64,000 bases of DNA from Octopus sinensis. Lineage: Eukaryota. Each line of letters begins with the position of its first letter. The stretch's first letter is position 1. The translations under genes were made by a program, and so were the position numbers. The notes under the pieces are model-generated. The model worked only from the letters and a program-made list of their open reading frames with translations. It made no database searches and was not told the DNA's origin. The stretch covers positions 36,952,001 to 37,016,000 of the forward strand of contig NC_043015.1 in NCBI RefSeq assembly GCF_006345805.1, in the 5' to 3' direction. Below are positions 1 to 12,376 of this stretch, one piece after another.

Positions 1-2034
1 TATATATATATTATATATATATATATATTTATGTTCAGCTAACTTTCATTTTATCCAGATAGATGGAGTGACAAACATATGAATGCATGTATGTATTCCC
101 GTGTATTCACGCGCGGAAAACTTCTCCACAAACATATATATAAGTCTAAATGTACAAGTGCACGTATAAGTGCGAGTTTGTGTGCATGTATGAATAGATG
201 GACGTATAGATGTGTGTGTGTGTTTATGTGGGAATGTATGCACTGTAAATAGATTTGTGTGGACGCGCATATGTACCTCTGTGCATGTATGTATATATAT
301 ATATATGTATGTATGTGTGTGTGGAGATATGCGCTGCAAATAAATTTTTGGAACTTACATCACTCTGTCCTGTTCTCAATTCACGTTATTGCGCATGCGC
401 TGTATAACCTGAAAGAAAGCGGATATCAAAGCTTATATGTCTACATAACAATAATAGTAATGATGAGCTTAACAACAGCAACAAGAACAGCATAACACAA
501 TAGTAATAATATAAGTAGAAACCCACATACGTGTGTGTGTGTGTGTGTGCGTGGTGGGTGGGGTTATATTGATTTTCACAGAAGCATTAGTAAATTCTTC
601 AGAGATCTTTAAGCAATCTACTGCAGGTTCTGCAATAAATTGTAAGACATTTATTCCGGCATCAACAGTAAAAACATTTTATGCGAAGCTATTTATTTAT
701 TGAAAATTAATCATAAACTATTTCAGAAAACTCACCATTCTAATCTCATAATCTCGTCTTTACTGTATACTAATCCTATGTTATGGTCTATTCTATTTAA
801 TCTGTAATGTTTCATTCTTAATAAAAAACCACTGATTTTATTTTTTCGGAAACGGTCGTTATAGAATTATAATTTCACCTCATTTATTGTTCCATTCTCT
901 TGTTCTGTTCTTTGAGAGAGACATCGATCCGAAAATCAGCAACTAAGCATTATTTTGTTTAATTCTCTCCCCTGTCAATTTGGTCTGCCGACTTTTGATA
1001 TTTTATTGTCTACGCGTCGACTGTTTCTTGTCGGGGGACCAATTTATTGCGGCCTGGTTAAGGCATCACGAATAACAAATGATTCGGAATAAACTATATA
1101 AAAATAATTTCGCTGTTATTATATAAACCACTAGTTTAATACTGTACTGACCATAGAGGAAAAGAAATGTGAAACTTTTATGTTGTCGTCACACTAGATG
1201 GAAATAGCTGCAATATCTCAAAACCATACTACATTCCAGCAATTACCACCACAGGGAATAAAAGATCACTCTAATCCTGTAAGGAAACATCAGGGGATCC
1301 CTGTAATCTGTCGAATATTTTCAAGTGTTGCAGTATCAAATGTAGTTATTCTGTTACCAATAATTTTTCTGTTACATAAATCTTTCAATTGAAATATTGA
1401 AAGCGAAGAAAGAAGTTTGTTTATATTTGATAAAATCAGAGTACTTTATTGAGTACAACATTGAAGTCTGCGGTATCTTTATCGTTCATCTTTTGTTGGT
1501 ATCGTCCAGAGATTGAGTCTATGCTGGGGCAGCGTTTTACAGGGTTTCTTTTCTGTACAGGTGTAGCGTGTTCGACGGAGCTACTCTTCATTCTGCATTC
1601 TGCTACAACATGATGGAAAATTAAAAACGTTGGGACAATTTTGAGATCAAATGGTGACTCTTCTCTAAATTCAGACCCTATACCAATGGATCTAAAACAT
1701 GCTCAATGTGTTCAATTGAAGAACCGCATCGATTAAGACACCGAAACGTTTTGGTCATCTCGGCCCTGGTCGGACTGTCCAATGTTGAGTTAGATGCGTA
1801 AAACTTTGAATTCACTCTCAACACTAATCTTGTTGATGAATAATTATTTTGTACTCTACAAAACGCATTGTCTAATTCCTCAGAAAAAGAGCAATATATA
1901 TATACACACACGCATACATATATATACATGCGTATATGTATATGTATATACATACATATATATATATATATGTGTGTGAGTGTGTGTGTATGTTGTGTGT
2001 GTGATGTGTGAGTGTATGTGTGGTGTTTTGTATG

Positions 2035-2081
<47 letters not shown>

Positions 2082-2084
2082 CAT

Positions 2085-2295
2085 TATTGGTGAATTGAAG
2101 AAATGGAGCTGAACGCAGATTGAACAGAAATCGTTTTATTTCATTCTACACGTTTTCGAAAGGCACAAATTACCAAAATCCGATTGAATAATGGGACCAT
2201 ATTGTGTCTTTCTCTCAGGAAGAAAAAGGAAATCCGTTGGAAAAACAAAAACAGAACAGAGGCGGAGCAAAAACAAATCGAACTGTGCTCCTAAA
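2085..2295 (-). mobile_element. PLE pseudo-LTR fragment with decayed hammerhead (family B, 2141-2223)
   Basis: Minus strand reads TCTTC CTGA-GA GAAAGACACAA...TTGTGCCTTTC GAAAA CGTG TA GAATGA: 11-bp stem II, with a 1-nt deletion in CUGANGA and an extra A after GAAA. A partial related copy lies at 51719-51791. Confidence 0.55.
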
Positions 2296-2351
2296 TTATA
2301 TATATATTATATAGATATATATATATATATATATATCTATAGATATATATA

Positions 2352-2812
2352 ATATGGCGTGTACTGGTACACCGGCGATATAATTAATTTTATTGTATCG
2401 CATTTATCTTTGTTTACATATTCTCTCGATAAATTTCTGACCGTTAGACGATATACCACAATCCCCTATTTGTCGGGTTTGTTCTGAGTCTGCGCAATGT
2501 TTTGAATAGTTTAGAAAGAGCATTTCGATAGACGCACATGGGTCTATTGATATGGTCTTCCCATCATTAACAGGAATCTTACTGAAGAGCCAGCCTGAGT
2601 AAATAAATACTATTTTTATTACTGAATTTGGCGAAACTGCAGTATAAGAAAAGTTAAGTTTGTAAAAGTTTTTAATTTCATCTCACTAAATTTATCCAGC
2701 TATTGTGTATCTAGTGCACTCTTCGCCTTGAATGTAATGATATAGTATAATATATGGCGTGTACTGGTACACCGGCGATTATAATTATTTTATGTATGCA
2801 TTTATCTTTGTT

Positions 2813-2814
<2 letters not shown>
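2352..2814 (+). mobile_element. Retrozyme-like / non-autonomous PLE-derived element: 400-bp unit plus ~63-bp terminal direct repeat, central HHR
   Basis: ATATGGCGTGTACTGGTACACCGGCGAT...CATTTATCTTTGTTTA occurs at 2352-2416 and 2752-2814 (period 400). Both flanks are (TA)n, no ORF, HHR at 2577-2649. Confidence 0.7.
2577..2649 (+). ncRNA. Type I hammerhead ribozyme (family A), canonical core
   Basis: TCTTA(2577-81) CTGAAGA(2582-88) GCCA(2589-92)...TGGC(2629-32) GAAA(2633-36) CTGCAG(2637-42, palindrome) TA(2643-44) TAAGA(2645-49). Stem I 5 bp, stem II 4 bp plus a long inner hairpin, all core nucleotides present; predicted cleavage after GUA at 2644. Confidence 0.85.
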
Positions 2815-2878
<64 letters not shown>

Positions 2879-3457
2879 GTAATATACAAATAACTATGTG
2901 TGTGTGTGTATGCATGTATATCACATTTATCTTCAGCTGTGTTGCTTCGTTTCCAAGTGCGAGTTGATTAATACCTCCGATTGATTTCGCCAGCCGGAAA
3001 CAGCGCAGCTCTTTGCTATTACGTCTTTCGGCAATTACTTGGGCTACGACATATCGTATTTCTCTCCTCTTATACGTATTTCTGGCAATTTATCTCACTG
3101 AGATCTTATTCAGATTCTATTAATTGCGTTAGATGCGGAAACGTACTGTCTCGTTGACTGACATCTGGGTGTATGTACAAGCACAAACAGATATATAGGT
3201 TTTAGGTATACACGGACACACACACACACACACACATACGTAGATACATAGGAACACATTAACCACTACCATACATAAATTTATAACACATATATATTAT
3301 ATATATGTATATATATTATATATATATATAATATATATATATATGTATATGTATATAAAGTTATCCCAAACAAAAACCACAAAAAACAAAAAAAACACAA
3401 CCCGCGAGGACGTGGAACAAATAAAGTATTATGGACGCTCAGGAAAGAAGGGAAGAA

Positions 3458-3498
<41 letters not shown>

Positions 3499-3499
3499 C

Positions 3500-3530
<31 letters not shown>

Positions 3531-4024
3531 CATACTCATATATATACCTATACCTGTATATATATATACATACATACACACGCACATATATATACAATAT
3601 TATTGAAAAAGTGCAAATGAAAGAATATGATACCATATACACATGCACACATACACTCATATATGTATTTCTAGGATTATACATACGTTTATATCTATGA
3701 GTATTATATATGTCACATTTAATAAATCCATATGGTTATACGATATCTCTATAAATCTCCAATGGCGTAGACCGTTTGTATTTAACTCTATGGAATATTA
3801 GCTATACTTCATTATGTTGCCAATTAGTCTTCGAAATAATAAAACCTTTTCTGTTTATAGAAGCCTTGCCTCACACTGAGGAGGCTATCATAGGCAGGAT
3901 GATAACATCACCGAAAACTGATCCATGCAACGGTCTACGTCAAAGAAGAAACTGGAGAAGTAACATTACTCTCAGTAAAGCAAAATTATTCGAATAAATG
4001 CGATAATCTTTTCTATAAGAGAAA

Positions 4025-4222
4025 CAAGGCTTGAAATTTCTGTTCCGTGGGAGGGGCCGATTCCAGTTTATAGTCTCTGGTCCTCAAACAGTACTCATTT
4101 TATCGATTCCAATACAATGGAATGCGTAGCCAACCTCGGTGATATTTGGACTCAAAACGTAAAAAGGGGCAAAGATGTGGCTATAAATTTTGCCAGGAGT
4201 GCTAACGTTTCTTTTAGCTCAC
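4025..4222 (-). mobile_element. Degenerate tRNA-derived SINE
   Basis: Reverse complement resembles the copies at 32130-32262 and 49290-49710 (ACGTTxTGAGTxCAAAT...CCGAGGT...GATAAAAT.AGTAC). Confidence 0.55.
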
Positions 4223-5915
4223 CGACTTGATAATTAATAACAAAGCTTTAGCATAACGATAGCTCCCGACAGGTGTGCCATCATACAGCTGTACAACAGC
4301 ATTAGAACATTTTACATTTTATGTCTAGCAATATAAGTGTCTTGACTCCCTTAGTCACATTTAGTGGTAATTATATTTTTCCGTTATGTTAACACATTGC
4401 GCATGGATGTTTATATTTATTTTGTGTGTGTGTGCGCATGTGTATTTGTGTATTTTTCTGTAGTCTTAAGGAATATTTCATATTTCTATAATTCTATATC
4501 TTACTCTCCCTTTATTTGTAAAAAAAGAAATCACATATTAAGTTGCCTTGTTTTGTTACATTTAAAGCACGGACGAGGAGCCATTTTAACCGATTAAATG
4601 CGAAAACAATCTATCAAATTTCCTTCTTTCGTTACTTTACGGGTATAGAAATATTTACCACACAACTGTTCCATAGAGGTCGTGGCAGTATGCAGCAGAA
4701 ACCTCAACAAATAAATAAAAGTGAATATTACATTTAGGTTTTGTGTGTGAATGCATGTGTGTGTGTTTTATTTCTAACTTGGCTTTTTGTCCCCCTCCAG
4801 AAAGACATCCCTGGCCTCTTACAAGACACATACAACCTCGTATTATGTTTTAGGCGGTTTGTTCTAACTACTGTCATTCTTTTCTTATTCTTTCATTAAA
4901 AGACATAATTTCATCATTCTAATCCATTCAATAGAGTTTCGAATATATATAAATGTAATTTATTACTGGGAAATCCAGAATATTGATGAAAAATATTTTA
5001 TTGGTTTATCATTTAATTCATCTTGAAATTCTAATCGAACGCATTTATAATATTCATCCAGACATTTAATTTAATATAAAGTTCATTTCATTGATTCTTA
5101 AGTATTTCCAAGTTTGTTCTTATTTCTAATTCACTTATCTTTGTTTACCCACGTAATAATATTAATGTGTATATGCTAGTGGTTTAGTTCCTGTTCAGAT
5201 TGATCATCGTACATAATTCGCTATCAATTCACCGACTGAATCCGAGCATTGTCCATAAAAAGTTATCAAGTTGTTTATCATATTCGGCATGAAACCCGGG
5301 GTTATTCATAAATTCATACTCGGAGGATAGTAGTGTAACATCCACACTGTTCTTATCTATTGTAATTTAACAAGTTAATTAAAGATACCAGCTGCAGGCA
5401 ATATTTTTCTTCAAATATTGCTATTCTGATAAGGATTGGCATCATATTTCACTTCATCTTGTTTTTCTTTATCTGTACAACTGTTTTCCATTAACTATGA
5501 CAGAGTCGATGTCCTTTCACATTATGGATGTTGAATTAGATAGAAGACGCTTGTTATTTTTTTATATATGAATAAACAATAGACAAGAGAGACTGCATAA
5601 TATATTTAGTTGAGACACAATATCACGAACTACACAAAACATATTTCCCTCATTTAAAACATAGCTGGTCATTAGCGGTGTATCATAATTAATCTCTTGT
5701 GCTGTCTGATTGCTTCTTCGTGGTAAACTATCAACTTTCTCCATAAATCGGAGAGCAGACATATCAGCATGGATAAGACGGTTGCACTAAGATCAGAAGG
5801 TTCTAGGGAAACATCACTTTTGCAAGTCCTCTGCAGTCAGCATTAGTTGACTAATAACTTGTCCTGAAAGGCAATTGATGCAGGGAAACTGCATATATAT
5901 ATATATATATATATA

Positions 5916-6600
5916 CAGGGTGCGGTGTATAACTGTTGTCTAAATTACGCAAAAATGAAAATAGCACAAACATCTCATTTTCACAGATATATTTACTAAA
6001 TTTACGTAAAAATATCTTGAAAGACTATATGAGACAATTTATTCAATAATATTGCCATTGGCTTCAGCCACGACCTCAAGACAACATCGGAATCTCCTAC
6101 AGCTCTTTTGGGCAGTGTCCTTGTTTAACTTGGTGAATGCAGCCATAATCCTTGGCTCCAGTTCATCTTTTATATTTTGTTGGTCTCTCGCATCATAACC
6201 AAGGGGTTTGCAGTGTGGAAAGTTATGTGGCCAGATATTAGGGGTAATGTGGTGGCAGAAGTTGTCTGACTGAGAACCCAGTCATGGTCTGATAACCATG
6301 GCTGAGTTCTCCTGCTTGTGCTTTGGTACTGTTGCTAGAAATAGGGTTTTCCAGCAGCCACCCTCTTCACGTAACGCAGTACTACCTCGTCCAGGCGCTT
6401 GATGTGGGCCTCCGTGTTGATACAGTAACCGTGTGGGAAGATGAATAGAGGCATCACTCCAAACAACACCATGATGTTGACTGGATGTTTGATTTTTATC
6501 ACTCTCGTTACGCTATCCTCAGACTGACATCCAAATACTCAGCAATGTTCTTATTGGAGCTTCCGGCGCGTATGCTAAGCAGCACAAAATGTCGTTTCCA
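5916..6600 (-). mobile_element. Tc1/mariner (maT/DD37D-like) transposase 3' remnant with TIR
   Basis: Minus-strand translation with frameshifts gives KIKHPVNIMV..VMPLFIFPHG..NTEAHIKRLDEVV..RVAAG..HITPNIWP..ANGNIIE* (stop at 6039-41). TA-CAGGGTGCGG terminus at 5916. Confidence 0.8.
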
Positions 6601-6689
6601 AATAATATATATATATATATATATAGGATATTCGAGGTAATGGTATCTTCCTGTTTTTGATTTGACGTTACAAATACATTCATAAATTT

Positions 6690-7050
6690 TAAGTCACTTA
6701 AAAAAAACTCTCGATCCAATAATACTGTTTACAAACTCTTTGATTGGAATGACCAATTTTAAATACTATTGGAACGTACTCACAATGTACAGGAATCTAT
6801 ATATATATATATATATATATATATCATTCAGCCTAAATAATAGATTCAATATCCCTGCATATCTCACGTCTATTTTCATTCCACCACTTGATTCTCTATT
6901 TCATATCTTATCTAGAATAACTATTGCTTAACCATTTTCTCACAGCGTCTCTGATGAAGCGATATATAAAATATCTCGGAAACAGCTGTAAGACCTATTT
7001 ATAAATGTTCTGAAATCTTTCACACCCTTGGATTTTTATCTCATTCTGTT
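6690..7050 (+). mobile_element. Penelope-like element 3' end (GIY-YIG C-terminus remnant plus pLTR)
   Basis: Frameshifted KLFDWND..., ..SLNNRFNIPAYL resembles the PLE endonuclease C-terminus (FDW..IL...R..E...N). It is followed directly by an HHR at 6947-6994. Confidence 0.55.
6947..6994 (+). ncRNA. Type I hammerhead ribozyme (family C)
   Basis: GTCT CTGATGA A GCGATAT-ATAAA-ATATCTC G GAAA CAGCTG TA AGAC. Stem I GTCT/AGAC, stem II 6 of 8 positions paired, palindromic CAGCTG; cleavage predicted after 6990. Confidence 0.75.
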
Positions 7051-7053
7051 AAT

Positions 7054-7119
<66 letters not shown>

Positions 7120-7944
7120 GTGTGTGTGTGTGTGTGTATGTGTGTGTTACCCACAATGTATTCTTGCATATATTTTGCATTTCTGTTCATTTTGGTGTCA
7201 TTGATACTAATTCAAATATCCGCTATTTCATCGTATACAAACAAGACCCCATTATTGATCCTATCTGAATATTTCAGATATTCATTGTATCTCACTGAAA
7301 GGAATATTTAGACGTAGGCGAGAGAGCCGGGTAGTAATATTTTTAAAGATTTACTTTCGTTGCATTGGAATTGTTGAGTATTTCGCAGCGCATCAGGCGA
7401 TTATTCTTCACCACATGTGTTTTCTTTTAACATGAAGAACTCATAAGAATTTCATGTTTTCAGTCAAATGCATATTTTCAAACCAAATCAAGTAAAGTGC
7501 GTATTCTTAATGGAGTTTGGACAAGTTGTTAAATAAATAAATACATTCATTACATCATATAACAATAAGTTATATATATTCCGGTAACCAATACACCGGA
7601 GTAATTTAAGTTATGACTTTTAGTAGATGTAAATATCTCAATGCACAGCACGATCGAAATGTCTGCAAGAATTCGTCAATTTCGATTTTTTGTTCAAAAT
7701 TGAAAGCAAAATTCATTATGATCGATGTAAATCTTTGACAACAATGTAACCTTCTAGTTTTTGTTTATAAATCTATCAATCACTTCTCGGTGCCATCTCT
7801 ACAACATTTTGGTTAAGAATAAATTTAATTAGATTGTGACATGACGCGACAAAACTCTAATAAGCAGAAGAGTGGGCGATATTCAACTGCAAAATAAGAA
7901 TTCGTGAAATTTAATTATTTGTAATAATAATACGTTCTGTTAGA

Positions 7945-8090
7945 GGCAAAAAAAGCCTGGAAATTTTGCGGGGGGAGAATAGTCAATTAGCTCAGACCCA
8001 GTAACTCACTGGTGACTATTTTATCGACCCCGAAAGGATTTAATGCAAAGTCAACCTCGGTGGAATTTCAAATCAGAACGTAAAGACGGA
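7945..8090 (-). mobile_element. tRNA-derived SINE fragment
   Basis: Reverse complement gives TACGTTCTGATTTGAAATTCCACCGAGGTTGACTTTGCAT..CCTTTCGGGGTCGATAAAATAGTCACCAGT, the same family as 32130 and 49560. Confidence 0.75.
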
Positions 8091-8327
8091 TGAAACACTG
8101 TTAAGTATTCCTGAATGATACTGATTCTGTCTGCAGACCGCCTTATTTCAGCTAATGGTAATAATAATTTAGGTACAACGCGAGCTCTTTTAGAGGAAGG
8201 CGAATACTCGATTACAACAAAACTGGTATTTGATTGGTACTTTATTTTAGCAAACCCGCATGGAAAAAGGTAAATTGACATCGGCGATATTTGAATTGAG
8301 ACGAGAGACAGACAAAATGCCTGGGAT

Positions 8328-8427
8328 NNNNNNNNNNNNNNNNNNNNNNNNNNNNNNNNNNNNNNNNNNNNNNNNNNNNNNNNNNNNNNNNNNNNNNNNN
8401 NNNNNNNNNNNNNNNNNNNNNNNNNNN
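8328..8427. other. Assembly gap (100 N)
   Basis: Run of N. Confidence 1.
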
Positions 8428-8778
8428 CCATATATATGTGTGTGTGTGTGTGAAAACAGAGACAAACAGACACATAGGCAAAATGATATTTTTAGATGTC
8501 TATATTGTATTGAGTTCGACGGTGCTAATGGACATCTAACACATGGCCAAATACACAGATTTCGAGAAAACGTGTTCTAATGAACGTGTACTTTAAGAAG
8601 GCAATAAATAAATACTCGACGTCTCTCGATATTGTGGATTCTTGCAATCATCTGATATCAATCTCAATCTCTGACTCTCCGGATCCCTCCTACGTTCTAT
8701 TTTCTTTTCATATCGATGAGTAGATATAGATGCACACATACGCACGCACACACACACACATACAAACACACATACACG

Positions 8779-8813
<35 letters not shown>

Positions 8814-9329
8814 GCACATAATTATATGTATGTATAACTAAATATCTATACATAAAATGGTAATACATCCATGCAAACATGTATACATGCATACATATAT
8901 ACATGTATATGCATACATATATGTACTATCAATAAGTAGTACAAACGTACATATATATACATATATGTGTGTGTGTGTGGTGTGTGTGTGTGTGTTTGTG
9001 TGTATTTATATATACATGTATGTATGTGTGTGGTGGGGTGTATACAAAATATTGATCATTTGAAGTTTAAATCCAGATGGCGACAAAAATAAACGGGGAA
9101 ATTATGTATTTTGTCTGAAGATAAAAGTCTAATCCTAAAAAGAAACAAAGAAATAAAAAAAAAAAAAAACACAAATAGCTCTATGATCTGTTAAATACGT
9201 GTCTATGCATTTATTGCATATTCCATGATGGAAGTTGATGCCAAAGTCTTATGATGCTGTCTTTTTTTTTTCAGGAGGCATTACAGTTTGGGAATTTTAG
9301 AAGCATATTCTTGCATCATAGCGGAAACA

Positions 9330-9720
9330 TCAGCATATGCATGTATGTTCGTGTGTGCGTGTGTGTTTGTGTGACGGGGAGTGTGCGCGCATGTGTGTGT
9401 AAGAAAGAGTGAATGTGTGTGTGTGTGTGTTTGGGAGTGTGTGCGTATGTGTGTGTGTATGTGTGTGTAAGAAAGAGTGAATGTATGTGTGTGTTTGGGA
9501 GTGTGTGTGTGAGAGAAAGTGTTATATGTGTGTGTGTAAGGGTGAGTGTGCGTGTATGTGTGTGTGTCTGACGGTGAGTGTGTGTGAGAAAGAGTGAATA
9601 TGCTTGTGCGTGTGAGAGTGAGTGTGTGTGTATATGTGTCAGAAAGAGAGAATATGTGGGTGTGTGTGACGGTGAGTGTGTGTGCATGTGTGTATGAAAA
9701 AGAGTGAATATGTGTGTGCG
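9330..9720. repeat. GT-rich degenerate minisatellite
   Basis: Recurrent GTGTGTAAGAAAGAGTGAAT..GTGTGTTTGGGAGTGTG motifs embedded in (GT)n. Confidence 0.8.
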
Positions 9721-9866
9721 TGTATTGTGCTTTTTGAATTTTCCCGCAGTGTAATGTTTGTGTCTCTTAATTATCAATGTACGATTGCGAGGCGAAGAGA
9801 TCGGGTATGTATAGCTATTTATGTTTGGAAATAAACAAACACATCTTTCATTTGTGGTGTGTATAT

Positions 9867-9903
<37 letters not shown>

Positions 9904-10005
9904 TGTATGTATGTATATACATATACTACACGTCATATGCATATAGACGCATATAAGTTATATATGTACATCTATATTACATATATCATATATGTATATA
10001 TATAT

Positions 10006-10042
<37 letters not shown>

Positions 10043-10257
10043 GTATACAGAGAGAGATTTATAAACATCAAATATTTATCTTTCACAGTTAAATTATGTT
10101 ATTGTGTACCAACACTCAGCACTTATGTACAAGTGCATAAATATACCGCGGATATAGTGTGGTCTAGGCGTACATAAATACAAAGTTATATGTGTATGTG
10201 TGTTTTTTATGTGTGTGTGAGTATGCGTGCGTGTGTGTATGTATCTATATGTATGTA

Positions 10258-10291
<34 letters not shown>

Positions 10292-10379
10292 TATATGCAT
10301 GTATTTATATATAAATAATATATTGTTCATATGTAGAGATGTTATATATATATATAATATATATATAATATATATACTA

Positions 10380-10496
10380 GATAGATAGATAAATAAATAG
10401 ATAGATATAGATAGATATAGTAGATAGACAGATAGATAGATGATAGACAGATAGAGTGAATAGATAGATAGAATAGATAGATAGATATAGATATCT

Positions 10497-10565
<69 letters not shown>
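10380..10565. repeat. (TAGA)n microsatellite
   Basis: Direct reading. Similar arrays at about 24190-24235, 24500-24550, 35865-35940 and 58465-58720. Confidence 0.95.
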
Positions 10566-10566
<1 letters not shown>

Positions 10567-10611
10567 TAACTATGTATGCGTACATGTGTATGTATGTAAA
10601 ATTATTCATAG

Positions 10612-10698
10612 GGAGAGATGGCATGAGAGAGAATATGGGAGGCAAAACGAAGCTGAAAGATGAAGAGATGCGAATACGGAGAGACCAGGCGCTGGAAA
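10612..10698 (+). CDS. Possible isolated 87-nt coding exon (RDGMRENMGGKTKLKDEEMRIRRDQALE), gene unknown
   Basis: CATAG|GG acceptor, AAA|GTTAG donor, length divisible by 3, only one open frame, purine-rich unique sequence. Product not recognised. Confidence 0.25.
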
Positions 10699-11152
10699 GT
10701 TAGCTACACGTATCAATATGTTTATTTTGCCATAAATTTATAATACCCTGATAAAGTTTGCAGCATCTACATCGTTAATATATATAAGTAAAATTTCGAC
10801 TCCACAAGAGAGTTGCAGATTTCAGAATTTCAAAGGCTTGTCAAAGTTTATGTGTGAAAACGTGTGTACACACATGGATTTATTTGCGTCTGTATATATA
10901 CACACACATACATAGACGCAATCATAAATTCATACATAAATACACATATGATATGTATAAATTTGTGCACGCGTCCGTGTGTGTGAGTGTATATGTATTT
11001 GTAAGTTCTATAGATGCAAATAGATCGTCCCATAAATTCTCAGATATTTTTCTCTCGTTTGTTACGAATGTTATCCTTTCTAAGGAAGTAATATTGATAT
11101 TTGCGATCTTACACACACACACACACACACCACACATACACCTACATCTATC

Positions 11153-11185
<33 letters not shown>

Positions 11186-12062
11186 TATATATATATTATA
11201 ATATATATACATATAGATACACACATATATGCATATATTATAATACACATATATACATATAGATATACACTTATATACATATATATATGAATTATATATA
11301 TACATATATATATTGTATATATATAGGTATATATATATGTATGTATATATACATATATATATATATATGTATGTATCTATCTTATATCTATCTATCCTCC
11401 TCTCTCTCTCTCTCTCTCTATTATTATATATATATATAATATATATATATATCTATATAATATATATATATATATATACTTACACACACACAAATACATA
11501 CGGATATATATGTATGTGAATCGGCGCGCTTTGTGCATCATACCTACCGCCGTGCCTTAATTATATCTTCGCTCCCTGGCATATCTCTTGTTTGTTTATT
11601 TCGTGTCTTTGCTGCCATTTTTTGGGCTGATATCTTTAAGAGCTGAGAGAAAAATTATCGTTTGATGCAACCATGTTTGAGCAATAATCACAGCTTCATT
11701 TTGATGTTTGCTCTCGGAACGCTTGATTCTTGAATATTTAAATAGATGCGCAGAAACAAACACGAGAAAACACACGTAAAGACATTTGCATACACCTGCA
11801 TTCACACATACACCACACACACACACATACTTATAGAAAGAGAAAAAGAGACAAAGAGAGAGACTCATGTACACGGGTATACACTCATAATTGTAAGCTG
11901 TATACATACAGGAACGTATACTTGTAGGCATACACGCATTCATACATACATACGCTCGCACGTAAACCACCATACCACATATAAACCCACGCACACACCC
12001 ATATTTGTGTTTGATCGACGACCGATCCTCACAAACATCCCCACCCAAACATTAATTACCAG

Positions 12063-12289
12063 ATTTTCAAGAATCGACCGTTTTGGTTTTGCTTACTTGT
12101 TCTTCGTATGAATGGGAAAAGAAGATAAAAGCATGCCATCACCTCGGTTGGTTTCATAGCCATCCAGTTTTCGAGTTCGATACTTCTAAGTTCGGTAAAA
12201 TATCATCTCAACGTAGATTCCGAGTTTCCTTTCTGATTTGGCTCCACCTGTGTTTCATGAGCCTCTTGCTCTCAGGAATCTCATTGTAA
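12063..12289 (+). pseudogene. MPN/JAMM-motif-like coding fragment (LGWFHSHPVFEFDTSKFG)
   Basis: GW[YF]HSHP plus Ser at the JAMM position. The catalytic Asp position is Gly (GGT, one transition from GAT). Possible TACCAG acceptor at 12062. Confidence 0.35.
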
Positions 12290-12329
12290 TAGATCGGGGA
12301 TATATATATATGTAGGTATATATGATATG

Positions 12330-12374
<45 letters not shown>

Positions 12375-12376
<2 letters not shown>

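Noticed and set aside
1715-1755. TTGAAGA...CCGAAACGTT
   Set aside because: C3 is mutated and stem II is unpaired; probably chance.
9274-9340. Strong acceptor T(10)CAG followed by GGITVWEF* or alternative frames
   Set aside because: No recognisable product and no clear donor; a single signal is insufficient.
9316-9942. 208-aa His/Thr-rich ORF and the many other YI/CV/TH ORFs
   Set aside because: Products of (CA)n, (TA)n and (TAGA)n repeats.
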